In this document: positions 1 to 11,503 of the stretch, piece after piece
How positions within the stretch are numbered: position 1 is the stretch's first letter
Layout: each line of letters begins with the position of its first letter
Assembly: GCA_040219255.1 (NCBI GenBank)
Contig: JAVJSW010000042.1
Location: 160,001 to 224,000 of the forward strand
DNA: 64,000 nt
Reading direction: 5' to 3'
Source of the DNA: Sumerlaeia bacterium
Lineage (GTDB): Bacteria > Sumerlaeota > Sumerlaeia > SLMS01 > JAHLLQ01
The notes under the pieces: model-generated
Database searches by the model: none
Seen by the model: only the letters and a program-made list of their open reading frames with translations
What the model was told of the DNA's origin: nothing
Program-made: the position numbers and the translations under genes

Positions 1-258
1 AAAGGTCAGGAAGATCGACCACCAGAATGGGATGCTGGCGGCGACGTCGGCATAGTTCTGAAGGCCGACGAACTGCATGGTTCCGAAGCGGTCGTACCAG
101 GAGGAATAGATGTCGGTTCGATGCATCGACAACCACACGGAGTAAACCAGGGGGAAGCCGATGAAGACACCGAAGATCGCGAGGAAGGGAGCGAGGAACG
201 GCAGCGCCTGAAGATCCTGCTGCAAGGTGATGCGTCCCGCAGACGATTTCTTAGCCAT
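1..258 (-). CDS. Carbohydrate ABC transporter permease (MalF/UgpA-like), N-terminal part; runs off the window edge
   Basis: Manual translation from ATG at 258: MAKKSSAG...LPFLAPFLAIFGVFIGFPLVYSVWLSM...FVGLQNY...FWWSIFLTF, the typical CUT1 permease N-terminus (FLAP...FP...S, FVGLxNY). Directly downstream of the amylase. Confidence 0.85.
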   Translation of the reverse strand, partial: MAKKSSAGRITLQQDLQALPFLAPFLAIFGVFIGFPLVYSVWLSMHRTDIYSSWYDRFGTMQFVGLQNYADVAASIPFWWSIFLTF

Positions 259-291
259 GGTATCGAAGAGTCCGGATGGGGTGAAGCGCTC

Positions 292-3087
292 TTAGTTGTT
301 GGTTAGGATGGTGATCACATCGGCGGCGTCAACGACGACATCGTCGTTTGCCATGACATCATCTGTCTGTGTCCGATTTCCGAGCAACACCGCCAGCAAA
401 TCGTCCAGACTGATGGGCTCGGGCGTTGGCGTCGGTGTGGCCGTGGCGGTTGGCGTCGCCGTCGCGGTCACTGTGGGCGTTACCGTGGCCGTCGGGGTCG
501 GAGTGACCGTCGAGGTGGGCGTCGGGGAGGGCGTCACCGTCGGCGTCATCGTGGGGGTCGGAGTGGGCGACGGGGTAGGTGTGGGGGTCGGATCGGGCAG
601 ATCGACTTCGAAATTGAAGGTCGTCACGGAGCGCGTTCCTGTTTCCTCGAAGGCCACGACTGTCACGGTATGGGCGCCGTCTTCCAGGCCGGCTTGCGTA
701 TAGCGGAAGCGATGGCGGTCGGACTTGTTGGCGCGGTTCGTATCGTTGAGGGGCAGGGTGTCCGGGTCGAAGCCGGGGGGCAGATCGAAGAGGACGTGGG
801 CGCTGTCGGCGGTGAAGTCGGGGCATTCGAAGACAAAGCCGTACTCGGCCTGTTCGATGGTGCGGGTGCCGCCGACGGACGGAGGGAAGACCAGGTCCAT
901 GGCGGGGGCGAAGCGATCGACGTAGATGACCTTGCGGAAGGTGCGGAAAATGGGGGGCGTGTCCATTGGCCGGGGCAGGAATGCCACGGCGGAGACGTAA
1001 TTGAGGCCTTCACGGATGCCCGGCCGATTCAGGTCCACTTCGATGGTGTATACGCCATTGCCGCCATTCTGGCGCGGGGCAGAGGTATCGAAGGCGTCGT
1101 AGCCGGTCAGCAGATAATCGCCACCCGCGTTGCCCGGGATGGTCAGGCTGCCGTCTCCGTTCGCGTCGACGTTCATGTTCCAGCGGATGAGGGCGTTGTC
1201 TTCTGGCGGAGCCAGCGCCGATGTTTCGAGCCGGAGTTGGGCCACATCGGCGGTGACGACCTCGACGGGCGAGAGGCGGCGCGCGCCTTCCGGGACGCCT
1301 TCGACCTGAGGATCGGGCGGGAGCACCTGGCTGGCGTTTTGCAGCGTGAACACACCGTCGGGGCGGGGGGGGCCGTAAATCAGGTAGGGCCGGCCGTGGC
1401 CCCCACCGCGCGGGACGCGAAGGGTGATGATGCCGTCGTTGGGGATGGTAATCTGATCGGGCAGTTGATCGGTCGGGTCGACATTCGGATCACTCGCGTT
1501 GCCGGTCAGTTCGACGAGCGTGCGCCCCCGGAACTCCGGACTGGCGACGTTGACGGGCCGCTCCTCGATGCCTTCGTCTCCGCGGTCGCAGAGAAGAACG
1601 AGGCAGCTATTGAAGCGCTCGTACATGATGACGTCGTTGTCTTCCCACATCGAGTCGAAGGGGTTGTTTCGCCCGCCGATGTAGTCGACGTGGATATTGC
1701 CGAGAGTGGTGAGGAGATTGGAGCCGAAGTTGCCGAGGGCGTCGCCGCGGCCGTCGCGGGGGAAGTCGCGGCCATCGCCGAATTCTTTGGCGTTGTAGTA
1801 GATGATCGGATAGCCCGGCCGGGTCAAAATGTAGGCGTAGGCCACGTTGTCCAGCGGCGGAGGACCGCCGATGCCGTCGTGATTCTGGACGAACTGAACG
1901 CCGAGGGTACCGTCGACCGCGCTGCCGTCGTGGCCATCGAAGGAGGCTCCCAGGATGGCGGCGAAGTTGCCGTCCGGGTTGCCGATCTGGCCGGACATGG
2001 AGAAGCCGAGGGGGAAGTCGAGGACGTCGCGGTTGCCGACGCCGTCCTTGCGGACATATTGGGCGAGGGCGCCGAAGTCGCTTTCCACGTTTTCGCCAAA
2101 GGAAAATGCCGTGAAGGGTTGATCGTACCAGTCGCGGGCGATGGGCATGCCGGAGGAGAAACTCTGGCCCGCGAGGGGCCTCAGGCCTGCGACGGTGGGA
2201 TCGTAGATATCGTTGAAGAACCAGGTGGGCGTGTGCTTGACCGCGTCGAGACGGAAGCCGTCGACGCCGATGACCTCGATCAGCCAGGCGGTGTAGCGCA
2301 TCATGTAGTCGTTGACGTTTTCCGGCTGCGGATCGCCGCCCATCGGATTGGTCAGATTGAAGCCGGAGGGGGTGAGGACGTCGCCCGGGGCCGGGTTAAA
2401 ATCGGGATAGAAGCGGCGGTTGTCGGGGTTGACCGGTTCGCCCGGCAGATTCATGGGGTTGTCAGGCTCGGCGGGTTGACGAATGAAGACGTAATTTTTC
2501 TCGTGGGCGATGTCGATGAGGCCGGCGATGCGGCACTCGAGGGGATTCGACTCGCATCCGGGGATGCCGCCGTCGGCGCCGCAGGAGTCTCGGAAATCGC
2601 CGTCGCCATCGAAGTCGTAGAACAGGCGGAAGCCGGGATAGTGGTTCAGATTGTCCAGGCCACATTGGCCCTCGCCGGTGCTTCGGTCGAAGAACCCGTT
2701 ATGATTGTAGACGGTGTCGGCGTAGATGAAGAGCCCGGCGTCGTGGCCGTCCTGAACCATCTGGCGAAAGGAGGTTTCGCTGCCATAGAGGGTGGGGTTG
2801 TCGTCGCGGCCGAGGTCGAAGCGGTCGCGGACGTCGAAGCCGACGCTGAAGTTGCCGGAGTCGGCGCGGGCGATGGGGGGCGTCCAGATGGCGCCGTAGC
2901 CGGCCATGAAGACGTCGGGCATGCGGCGCTCCATCGTTTCCCAGCGGGCCTCGAACCATTGGAGCATGATCCGGCCCTCCGTGGGGCGCGGCGCCGCCAG
3001 GCAGGCGGCGATCGCTCCCGCCGAGGCGAGGGTCCTCAAAGTAGCCGGGCGCCGGGCGCCCACTCGATCTCGATGCCCACTCTTCAT
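292..3087 (-). CDS. Secreted GH13 alpha-amylase-family protein with Ig-like domains, Pro/Thr linker and dockerin-like C-terminus
   Basis: GH13 conserved regions [19 protein letters not shown] and FVQNHD; N-terminal signal-like segment; PT linker; tail [15 protein letters not shown]. Confidence 0.88.
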   Translation of the reverse strand: MKSGHRDRVGARRPATLRTLASAGAIAACLAAPRPTEGRIMLQWFEARWETMERRMPDVFMAGYGAIWTPPIARADSGNFSVGFDVRDRFDLGRDDNPTLYGSETSFRQMVQDGHDAGLFIYADTVYNHNGFFDRSTGEGQCGLDNLNHYPGFRLFYDFDGDGDFRDSCGADGGIPGCESNPLECRIAGLIDIAHEKNYVFIRQPAEPDNPMNLPGEPVNPDNRRFYPDFNPAPGDVLTPSGFNLTNPMGGDPQPENVNDYMMRYTAWLIEVIGVDGFRLDAVKHTPTWFFNDIYDPTVAGLRPLAGQSFSSGMPIARDWYDQPFTAFSFGENVESDFGALAQYVRKDGVGNRDVLDFPLGFSMSGQIGNPDGNFAAILGASFDGHDGSAVDGTLGVQFVQNHDGIGGPPPLDNVAYAYILTRPGYPIIYYNAKEFGDGRDFPRDGRGDALGNFGSNLLTTLGNIHVDYIGGRNNPFDSMWEDNDVIMYERFNSCLVLLCDRGDEGIEERPVNVASPEFRGRTLVELTGNASDPNVDPTDQLPDQITIPNDGIITLRVPRGGGHGRPYLIYGPPRPDGVFTLQNASQVLPPDPQVEGVPEGARRLSPVEVVTADVAQLRLETSALAPPEDNALIRWNMNVDANGDGSLTIPGNAGGDYLLTGYDAFDTSAPRQNGGNGVYTIEVDLNRPGIREGLNYVSAVAFLPRPMDTPPIFRTFRKVIYVDRFAPAMDLVFPPSVGGTRTIEQAEYGFVFECPDFTADSAHVLFDLPPGFDPDTLPLNDTNRANKSDRHRFRYTQAGLEDGAHTVTVVAFEETGTRSVTTFNFEVDLPDPTPTPTPSPTPTPTMTPTVTPSPTPTSTVTPTPTATVTPTVTATATPTATATPTPTPEPISLDDLLAVLLGNRTQTDDVMANDDVVVDAADVITILTNN
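421..597 (-). repeat. Pro/Thr-rich low-complexity linker (PT repeats) inside the amylase gene
   Basis: Translates as [59 protein letters not shown]. Confidence 0.9.
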
Positions 3088-3236
3088 CCTGGGTCCACCT
3101 CTGTTCAGCTATCCATCCGGTCCAACACGGAACACAAGACGTGTATGCAAAACAAAGGAGAACGTGTGGTCAACCGTATTCGGATGGATGCGCGAAGGAA
3201 ACGGCCGGCAGGCTGGCATGCCCTTTATTCCAGGCC

Positions 3237-5141
3237 TTATTCGAGGTAGGTGTAGCCTCGGAGACCGGACTCGAAGAAGCGCATGAAAAGGGCCGATTCC
3301 TCGAGAGTGATCTTCGACCCGCGCAGCGCCCGCTCGACGCTCTGGCGGGTTTGCGCCAGCATGGCTTGGGGATCGTAGCCCACGAAGCTGACCACCTCGT
3401 CGACCATGTCGCCCTCGATGACGTGCTCGATGACGATCTGGTTGTCTATGTCGAGAGAGACGTGAACGGTGTTGGTGTCTCCCAGGAGATTGTGCAGGTC
3501 TCCAAGGATTTCCTGGTAGGCTCCGATGAGGAAGACGCCGAGGAGGTACGGCTCGCCTTTGCGGGGGCTGTGCAGTTCGAGCTGGTTTTTGACATCGCGC
3601 AGATCGACGAACTTGTCGATCTTGCCGTCCGAGTCGCAGGTAATATCCGCCAGAACGCCTTTGCGCAGAGGCTTTTCCTCGAGCCGATGAATCGGCATGA
3701 CGGGAAAGAGCTGCTTGATGGCCCAGGAGTCGGGCATCGACTGGAACACGGAGAAGTTGCAGAAGTAGATGTCGGAGACGAGGTTTTCCAGGCCTTCGAG
3801 TTCCTCCGGCGGGTAGTCCTTTTCCTGGAGGATGCGCAGCGTCTTGACGCAGATGGCCCAGAAAGCGGCTTCCGCCTGCGCGCGCTGGCGCAGGTCGAGG
3901 TAGCCGAGGTTGAACAGGTTGGTGCATTCCTCGCGCATCTGAACGGCGTCGTGGTACATTTCGAGGACGTTCTTCGCCGCCATGACCTTGGAGATCTGGA
4001 CGATGTCGCGCAGTGGCTCGGGGGTCTCGTCGTCCACGTGCTCATCCACGGGGAAGCTGTCGAAGGTGCTGACGCCGAGGACATTGAAGACGAGGACGCT
4101 TTGGTAGCTGACGAGAGCCCGGCCCGATTCGGAGAGGATGACCGGGTGGGGGACCTCCGAAGTGTCGCAAACCGACATGACGCGGAAGATGACGTCGTTG
4201 GCGTATTCCTGGAGCGTGTAGTTCATCGAGGAGTCGAAGTTCGTCTGCGACCCATCGTAGTCGATGCCGAGGCCGCCACCCACGTCCAGGACGCCCATGG
4301 GAGCGCCGAGCTGAACCAGCTCGACATACACGCGGGCGGCTTCGGTGAGCATGGATTTGAGGGTGCGGATGTTGGTGATCTGGCTGCCGGCGTGGAAGTG
4401 AAGCAGGCGCAGGCAGTCGAGCATGTCGTGCTCTTCGAGGTACTCGACGGCTTTGAGGATTTCCGGCAGGGTGAGGCCAAATTTGGAGCGCACGCCAGCG
4501 CTGAGTTCCCAGCGCCCGGCGCCGCGGGCCGACAGCTTCACCCGCAGGCCGATCTGTGGGCGCGTGTTGTGGAGCTTGGCGTACTTCACGAGCAAGATCA
4601 GCTCGCTGAACTTCTCGATGATGGGGGTGATGTCCTTGCCCATCTTCCGGGCCAGAACGGTCAACTCGATGAACTCGTCGTCCTTGAAACCGTTGCACAC
4701 GATAGGCATCTGAGCATCGCTGGTCATGGCCAGAACGGCGAGCAGCTCGGGCTTTGAGCCGGCCTCGATGCCGAAACCGAGGGGGCTTCCGAATCGGATG
4801 TATTCTTCCACGACGTGGCGCTGCTGGTTGACCTTGATGGGGTAGATGCAGCGGTATTCGTTCTGGTAGTTGTTCTCGGAGATCGCCCGGTCGAAGGCGC
4901 CCTTCATGTCCTCCAGGCGATGGCGCGTCATGTCGGTGAAGCGCACCAGGATGGGAAGCTGCATGCCGCGGGCCTGAAGCTCATCGACCAGCTTCTTGAG
5001 GTCGATCTGGCGCTCCGGGTCCTTTTCGGGCTGAACGGTCACGTGGCCGGCGGCATTGATGGTGTAGTACTGAGCCCCCCAGTGTCCGATCCCGTAAAGC
5101 TCGGACGAATCCTGAATCTTCCATTTTTCCATTTGGGGCAT
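3237..5141 (-). CDS. speA: Biosynthetic arginine decarboxylase
   Basis: SELYGIGHWG, YPIKVNQQ (PLP Lys), GIEAGSKPEL, CNGFKD, HFHAGSQI, DVGGGLGIDYDG, CDSDGKI, GAYQEILGDLHNL and terminal GYTYLE. Start at 5141 or 5132; the longer ORF start (5297) is unlikely. Confidence 0.96.
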   Translation of the reverse strand: MPQMEKWKIQDSSELYGIGHWGAQYYTINAAGHVTVQPEKDPERQIDLKKLVDELQARGMQLPILVRFTDMTRHRLEDMKGAFDRAISENNYQNEYRCIYPIKVNQQRHVVEEYIRFGSPLGFGIEAGSKPELLAVLAMTSDAQMPIVCNGFKDDEFIELTVLARKMGKDITPIIEKFSELILLVKYAKLHNTRPQIGLRVKLSARGAGRWELSAGVRSKFGLTLPEILKAVEYLEEHDMLDCLRLLHFHAGSQITNIRTLKSMLTEAARVYVELVQLGAPMGVLDVGGGLGIDYDGSQTNFDSSMNYTLQEYANDVIFRVMSVCDTSEVPHPVILSESGRALVSYQSVLVFNVLGVSTFDSFPVDEHVDDETPEPLRDIVQISKVMAAKNVLEMYHDAVQMREECTNLFNLGYLDLRQRAQAEAAFWAICVKTLRILQEKDYPPEELEGLENLVSDIYFCNFSVFQSMPDSWAIKQLFPVMPIHRLEEKPLRKGVLADITCDSDGKIDKFVDLRDVKNQLELHSPRKGEPYLLGVFLIGAYQEILGDLHNLLGDTNTVHVSLDIDNQIVIEHVIEGDMVDEVVSFVGYDPQAMLAQTRQSVERALRGSKITLEESALFMRFFESGLRGYTYLE

Positions 5142-5230
5142 GGTGGACGTGGAAAGGTGATTTACCGCAGGCAACGAATCGAGACTCCTATTCTGGTGAC
5201 GACGTCTAATTTGTGAGGGATCGATGACAA

Positions 5231-5253
5231 AGGAGGCATCGGTTGTGCCTCCT
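5231..5253. promoter_or_regulatory. Stem-loop in the speA leader / divergent intergenic region
   Basis: Perfect 8-bp inverted repeat AGGAGGCA-N7-TGCCTCCT. Confidence 0.4.
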
Positions 5254-5405
5254 CCGCCGCGAAACGTGCAATGGAAGCAAAAAGCGCGATAGGTCAAGGC
5301 CTTCCTTGGTTATGGCGGAAAACAATCTCCCCCTAACCGAGGCGGACCGAACCTTGCTCCTCGCGATAGGCAACCCGATCCCGCCGGAAAGGCTCTCCCG
5401 CCCCC

Positions 5406-7583
<2,178 letters not shown>

Positions 7584-7661
7584 GTTGCGCCGGGCGGTCC
7601 ATTGGCACGAGCCTTTCTTACCTTAACGCTCTATTCAGCCAATTTTCCAGGATCCGTCCTT

Positions 7662-9764
7662 ATGCAGAAGTTCACAACAGTTGCCCTGATGGCGCTGGCA
7701 GCCGCATTCCTCGGAGGTTTCGTCCGGGCGCAGAAAGCGCCAGCGCTCGACGCCGAGGAAAAAGAAGCGGCGGTCAAAGTGTCCAAAGCGTTGTCCGACA
7801 GCGACCGCCTCGCCATCGAGGAGGCGGTGTCGCAAGTCTCGCCGTCGCTCGTGCGCATCATGGTCGTCGAGCCGTCGTACTACGGCGGGCGCCAGAACAA
7901 GCTCGTCAAGAGCGGCAGTGGCGCCATCATCTCGCCTGAGGGCTATATCGTCACGAACCATCACGTTGCCGGCAAAGCCATCAACCTGATGGTGACCTTG
8001 CCGAACCGCGAGGAAGTGCCGGCGCGGCTCGTCGGCACGGACGCGGCGACAGACATCGCGGTGATTCAACTGACTCCTGACGACCCGATCGAGTATCCCG
8101 CCGCGTCCTTTGGCGACTCGGACTCGGTGCGCGTGGGCGACCGCGTGGTGGCGATGGGCTCGCCGGCGGGGCTGTCCCAGTCCGTCACCACCGGCATCAT
8201 CAGCAACACCGAGATGGTGATTCCCGGCGCCATGAGCAGTTCGTTCAACCTGGACGGTGAGAACGTGGGCGAGCTGGTTCGCTGGTTCGGCCACGACGCA
8301 TTCATTTACCCGGGGAATTCGGGCGGGCCGCTTGTGAACATGGACGGCGAAATCATCGGCATCAACGAAATCAGTTACGCCCTCGGTGGCGCCATCCCGG
8401 GCAATCTGGCCAAGAAAGTCGTCGATCAGATCATCGAGAACGGCCATGTGGATCGCGCCTACATCGGCACGAGTTTCCAGCCGCTCCTGCGCAGCCACAA
8501 AGACACGAAGGGCGTGCTTCTGGCCAGCGTCCTCGCGGACTCACCGGCTGAATTGGCTGGCCTGCGCCCCGGCGATATCCTCACCAGTCTGAACGACCAG
8601 CCGGTCCACGCCCAGTTCATGGAAGACCTGCCGACGATCAACAACCTCGTCGCGGACCTGCCCATCGAACAGGATGTCCCGGCGACGTTCCTGCGCGACG
8701 GCGAGACCAGCGACACCGTGATTACCACCGAGCGCCGCCCGACCGCCTTCACGCCGAGCCAGGTGCTGAAGCAATGGGGCATGACGGCGCGGAACCTGTC
8801 GCTGTTCACGAAGCTGCAAATCGGCCGCGACACCTCGCGCGGCGCGTTGATCACGAGCCTGAGCGACGGCGGTCCCGCCACGGAAGCCAAACCGGCGCTG
8901 CGCGTGGGCGACATTGTCCTCAAAGTCGGCGACCGGGAAATCCATGCGGTCGAGGATTTAGTTGCCTGGACCGAAGAGAACATCTCTGGCGAAGGCGAGC
9001 GTTTGCCCACCATCGTGACCCACGAGCGCGAGGGTGAGACCCTGGTCACCGTCGTCAAAGTCGGCATTGATCCGCTCGACGATCCAGGCCGTACGGTGAA
9101 GAAAGCGTGGCTGCCGATGGAAACCCAGGTCCTGACCCGCGACCTGGCGGAGGAAATGGGCATGGACGGCAACAAAGGCGTCCGGATCACCCGAATCTAT
9201 AGCGACGCCGAGGACCTGCCTTTCCAGGTCGGTGACCTGATCACCCATGTGGACGGTCAACGTATCAACGCCACGAACGCCTTCGATACGGAGATCTTCA
9301 ACACGCTGATCCGCCAGTACCGCATCGGCATGGAGCCCGAATTCACGGTGATTCGCGATGGCGAGGAAATGACTTTGACCGCCGAACTGCGCCCTTCGCC
9401 GGACCGCGCCCGCGAGAAGAAGCGCTATCGCGACCTGGACCTCGAGTTCATCGTCCGCGAAGCCACCTACTTTGACCTCCAGAAGCCCGAATGGCAAGGC
9501 GCCGACATCGACGTCATCGTCGAGAGTGTGACCTCGGGTGGCGACGCTTCGCTGTCCGGTTTGCGATCCGACGACGCGATTCTGCGCATCGGCGACATGG
9601 AAATCAATCGCGTGGAGGACGTTCAGGCTGCTATCGATCAAGCGAAAGCCGCCAACGCCGAAACGGTGGTGATCTTCATCCGCCGAGGCACACAGAGCGC
9701 CTTCGCCGAGGTCCTGCCCAGTTGGGCGAATGAGGAACTCGACTCCGAAGCCGCGGCCGAATAA
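7662..9764 (+). CDS. Secreted HtrA/DegP-like serine protease with multiple (probably four) PDZ domains
   Basis: Signal peptide; GSGAII, TNHHV (His), TDIAV (Asp), PGNSGGPL (Ser); PDZ-like repeats (SPAELAGLRPGDIL, PALRVGDIV, FQVGDLI, GLRSDDAIL). Confidence 0.9.
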   Translation: MQKFTTVALMALAAAFLGGFVRAQKAPALDAEEKEAAVKVSKALSDSDRLAIEEAVSQVSPSLVRIMVVEPSYYGGRQNKLVKSGSGAIISPEGYIVTNHHVAGKAINLMVTLPNREEVPARLVGTDAATDIAVIQLTPDDPIEYPAASFGDSDSVRVGDRVVAMGSPAGLSQSVTTGIISNTEMVIPGAMSSSFNLDGENVGELVRWFGHDAFIYPGNSGGPLVNMDGEIIGINEISYALGGAIPGNLAKKVVDQIIENGHVDRAYIGTSFQPLLRSHKDTKGVLLASVLADSPAELAGLRPGDILTSLNDQPVHAQFMEDLPTINNLVADLPIEQDVPATFLRDGETSDTVITTERRPTAFTPSQVLKQWGMTARNLSLFTKLQIGRDTSRGALITSLSDGGPATEAKPALRVGDIVLKVGDREIHAVEDLVAWTEENISGEGERLPTIVTHEREGETLVTVVKVGIDPLDDPGRTVKKAWLPMETQVLTRDLAEEMGMDGNKGVRITRIYSDAEDLPFQVGDLITHVDGQRINATNAFDTEIFNTLIRQYRIGMEPEFTVIRDGEEMTLTAELRPSPDRAREKKRYRDLDLEFIVREATYFDLQKPEWQGADIDVIVESVTSGGDASLSGLRSDDAILRIGDMEINRVEDVQAAIDQAKAANAETVVIFIRRGTQSAFAEVLPSWANEELDSEAAAE

Positions 9765-9822
9765 CCGCCATATTGCCCTCCACTATTCCGAATACACCGA
9801 TCCACCCGATAAGGAAAAATCC

Positions 9823-10710
9823 ATGAATCCCCTTCGTCCCGTAATCCTCGCCGCCGCCCTCGCGACCTTTGCCGGCGCGGCGATTCCCGCCCGCGCGGCG
9901 GACATCCACGAAACCGCACGCGAAGTTCTCGAATCCCACGGCGGCGCCGTCGTCACCGTCGATGTCGTTCGGGAAATCAACCAGAGTGAAGACCGCGCCG
10001 AAAACCAGGGTCTCGTCGTGGACGAGTCCGGCAAGGTCGTGATGGCGCTGTCTCAGATCGATCCGTCGGCGCTCTACGAATTGCTCAGCGGCAGCCGCGA
10101 AGCCGACTTCACCACGACCGTCAAGGACATCAAGTACATCCTGCCGGATGGCACGGAGATCCCGGCGACGATCCTCGTGCGCGACCGCGACCTGGACATC
10201 GCGGTGCTGGCGCCGAAGGAACCGCTCGAAGAAGCGCTCCCCTACGTCGATTTAAATGACTCCGCCGAAGCCAAGGTGATGGACCCGATTTTCGCCATTT
10301 CGCGCACCGGCCGCATCACGCGGCGCATCGCCCTGGGCATGACCGGCGAGGTGCAGGGCATCGTGGACCGGCCGCGCCAGTTCTACATCCCGAGCGCGTC
10401 CATCGTCGGTGACGAAGGCAACATCGGTTCGCCGGTGTTTGGCGCGGACGGCAAGATTCTGGGGCTGATTCTGCTCCATGTGCAGCCCGGCGCCTTCAAC
10501 GACCCCACCGCCACCAAACCCGTCATTCCAGTCGTGCGGCCGGTTGCGGACTTGCTGGAGGTCGTGGCCCAGGCGGAAAACGCCACGCCGGAAGACATCG
10601 GCGGGGAGACCGAAGAGGCGAGCGACGAGGAGATGGAAGAGACCGGCGACGCCGAGGACATAGACGTCAACGGCGACATGGACCTGGAAGTGGAACTCGA
10701 GACCGAGTAA
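9823..10710 (+). CDS. Secreted trypsin-like (HtrA protease fold) protein, probably catalytically inactive, with acidic tail
   Basis: Signal peptide; GLVVDESG, DRDLDIAVL and GNIGSPVFGADGKILG align with HtrA motifs but His and Ser are missing; RBS-like AAGGA before the ATG at 9823. Confidence 0.75.
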   Translation: MNPLRPVILAAALATFAGAAIPARAADIHETAREVLESHGGAVVTVDVVREINQSEDRAENQGLVVDESGKVVMALSQIDPSALYELLSGSREADFTTTVKDIKYILPDGTEIPATILVRDRDLDIAVLAPKEPLEEALPYVDLNDSAEAKVMDPIFAISRTGRITRRIALGMTGEVQGIVDRPRQFYIPSASIVGDEGNIGSPVFGADGKILGLILLHVQPGAFNDPTATKPVIPVVRPVADLLEVVAQAENATPEDIGGETEEASDEEMEETGDAEDIDVNGDMDLEVELETE

Positions 10711-10713
10711 GGC

Positions 10714-11079
10714 TTACTCCATCTCGCGAACCGGCTGCCCCGCGGCCGGATAGATCGGTTCGTCACCGTAATAAATCACTGGCCCATCGCCCCCTCGCCG
10801 AGCGCGCGGGGGTTCGTTGTTTTCACGGTAACGTACTTCCTCGCCGGGCGAGTTGTAGGGTTCTTCTTCTGGATAGGCGGGCTCTGATTCGACGGGGGCG
10901 TCGTAAACGTAGGGTTCGCGCTGATCGGTGGTTTCGCGGCGCTCGTCCTGCTCGACCTCTCGGATGGTGACTTCGGTTTGGCGGGGTTCGGGTTGGTTTT
11001 TCTGCTTCGCGGCACATCCGCTCCCCAGGGCCAAAGCCCCCAGAATCAAGGTGCCAGCAGCGTAACGGATGGCTTTCAT
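10714..11079 (-). CDS. Small putative lipoprotein, Pro/Glu/Tyr-rich
   Basis: MKAIRYAAGTLILGALALGSGC lipobox; start overlaps the stop of the upstream gene. Confidence 0.7.
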   Translation of the reverse strand: MKAIRYAAGTLILGALALGSGCAAKQKNQPEPRQTEVTIREVEQDERRETTDQREPYVYDAPVESEPAYPEEEPYNSPGEEVRYRENNEPPRARRGGDGPVIYYGDEPIYPAAGQPVREME

Positions 11080-11501
11080 TGGCGCACCTCCACGGTGAAT
11101 GTCTGAGCGGTGGGTTCGCGCGAGACTTCGGCGTAACCGAGCGATTGTTGCGGCGCGAAGAAGAGCGGTTGCCAAGGCGTTTCGTCGCCCGTCGAAATGC
11201 CCAGCTCGTCCTTGAAGACGGTCCGCGCCTGCACGGCGAGGGGCTTCTTGGTGGAATTGCGGAGGCTGACGCGGGCGCGAAGGCGGCCGTCCGGCAGGCG
11301 CTCGGCGTCCACGATGTCGGCGGCGACTTTCTTGCGCAAATCGCGGTTCAGGATGTTCACCGGCGCCGAGGCGGCGGCGATGGCTTCGTCGTCGATGCGG
11401 GCCAGGTCGGGCGCTTTGGATCGGCGCGAGCACCCGGTGCTCGCCAGCGCGAGAACCATGAGCCCGGCGGCCAGACAAGTTGAGATCGATCGTGCGTTCA
11501 T
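11076..11501 (-). CDS. YcfL/DUF1425-family lipoprotein
   Basis: Lipobox STGC; LRARVSLRN...VQARTVFKDELG...WQPLFFAP resembles YcfL; sits in the COG3014/LpoB context. Confidence 0.75.
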   Translation of the reverse strand: MNARSISTCLAAGLMVLALASTGCSRRSKAPDLARIDDEAIAAASAPVNILNRDLRKKVAADIVDAERLPDGRLRARVSLRNSTKKPLAVQARTVFKDELGISTGDETPWQPLFFAPQQSLGYAEVSREPTAQTFTVEVRQ

Positions 11502-11503
11502 AA

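Noticed and set aside
421-597. Repetitive DNA that might be a CRISPR array or VNTR (also 48961-49155)
   Set aside because: Degenerate codon-level repeats encoding Pro/Thr linkers; no constant repeat-spacer structure and no cas genes.
670-3249. 859-aa + strand ORF, and similar long antisense ORFs opposite speA, yyaL, lpdA, glyQS, pyrG, nadB and smc
   Set aside because: These are shadow ORFs on the antisense strand of well-supported genes, expected in high-GC DNA; they show no family motifs.
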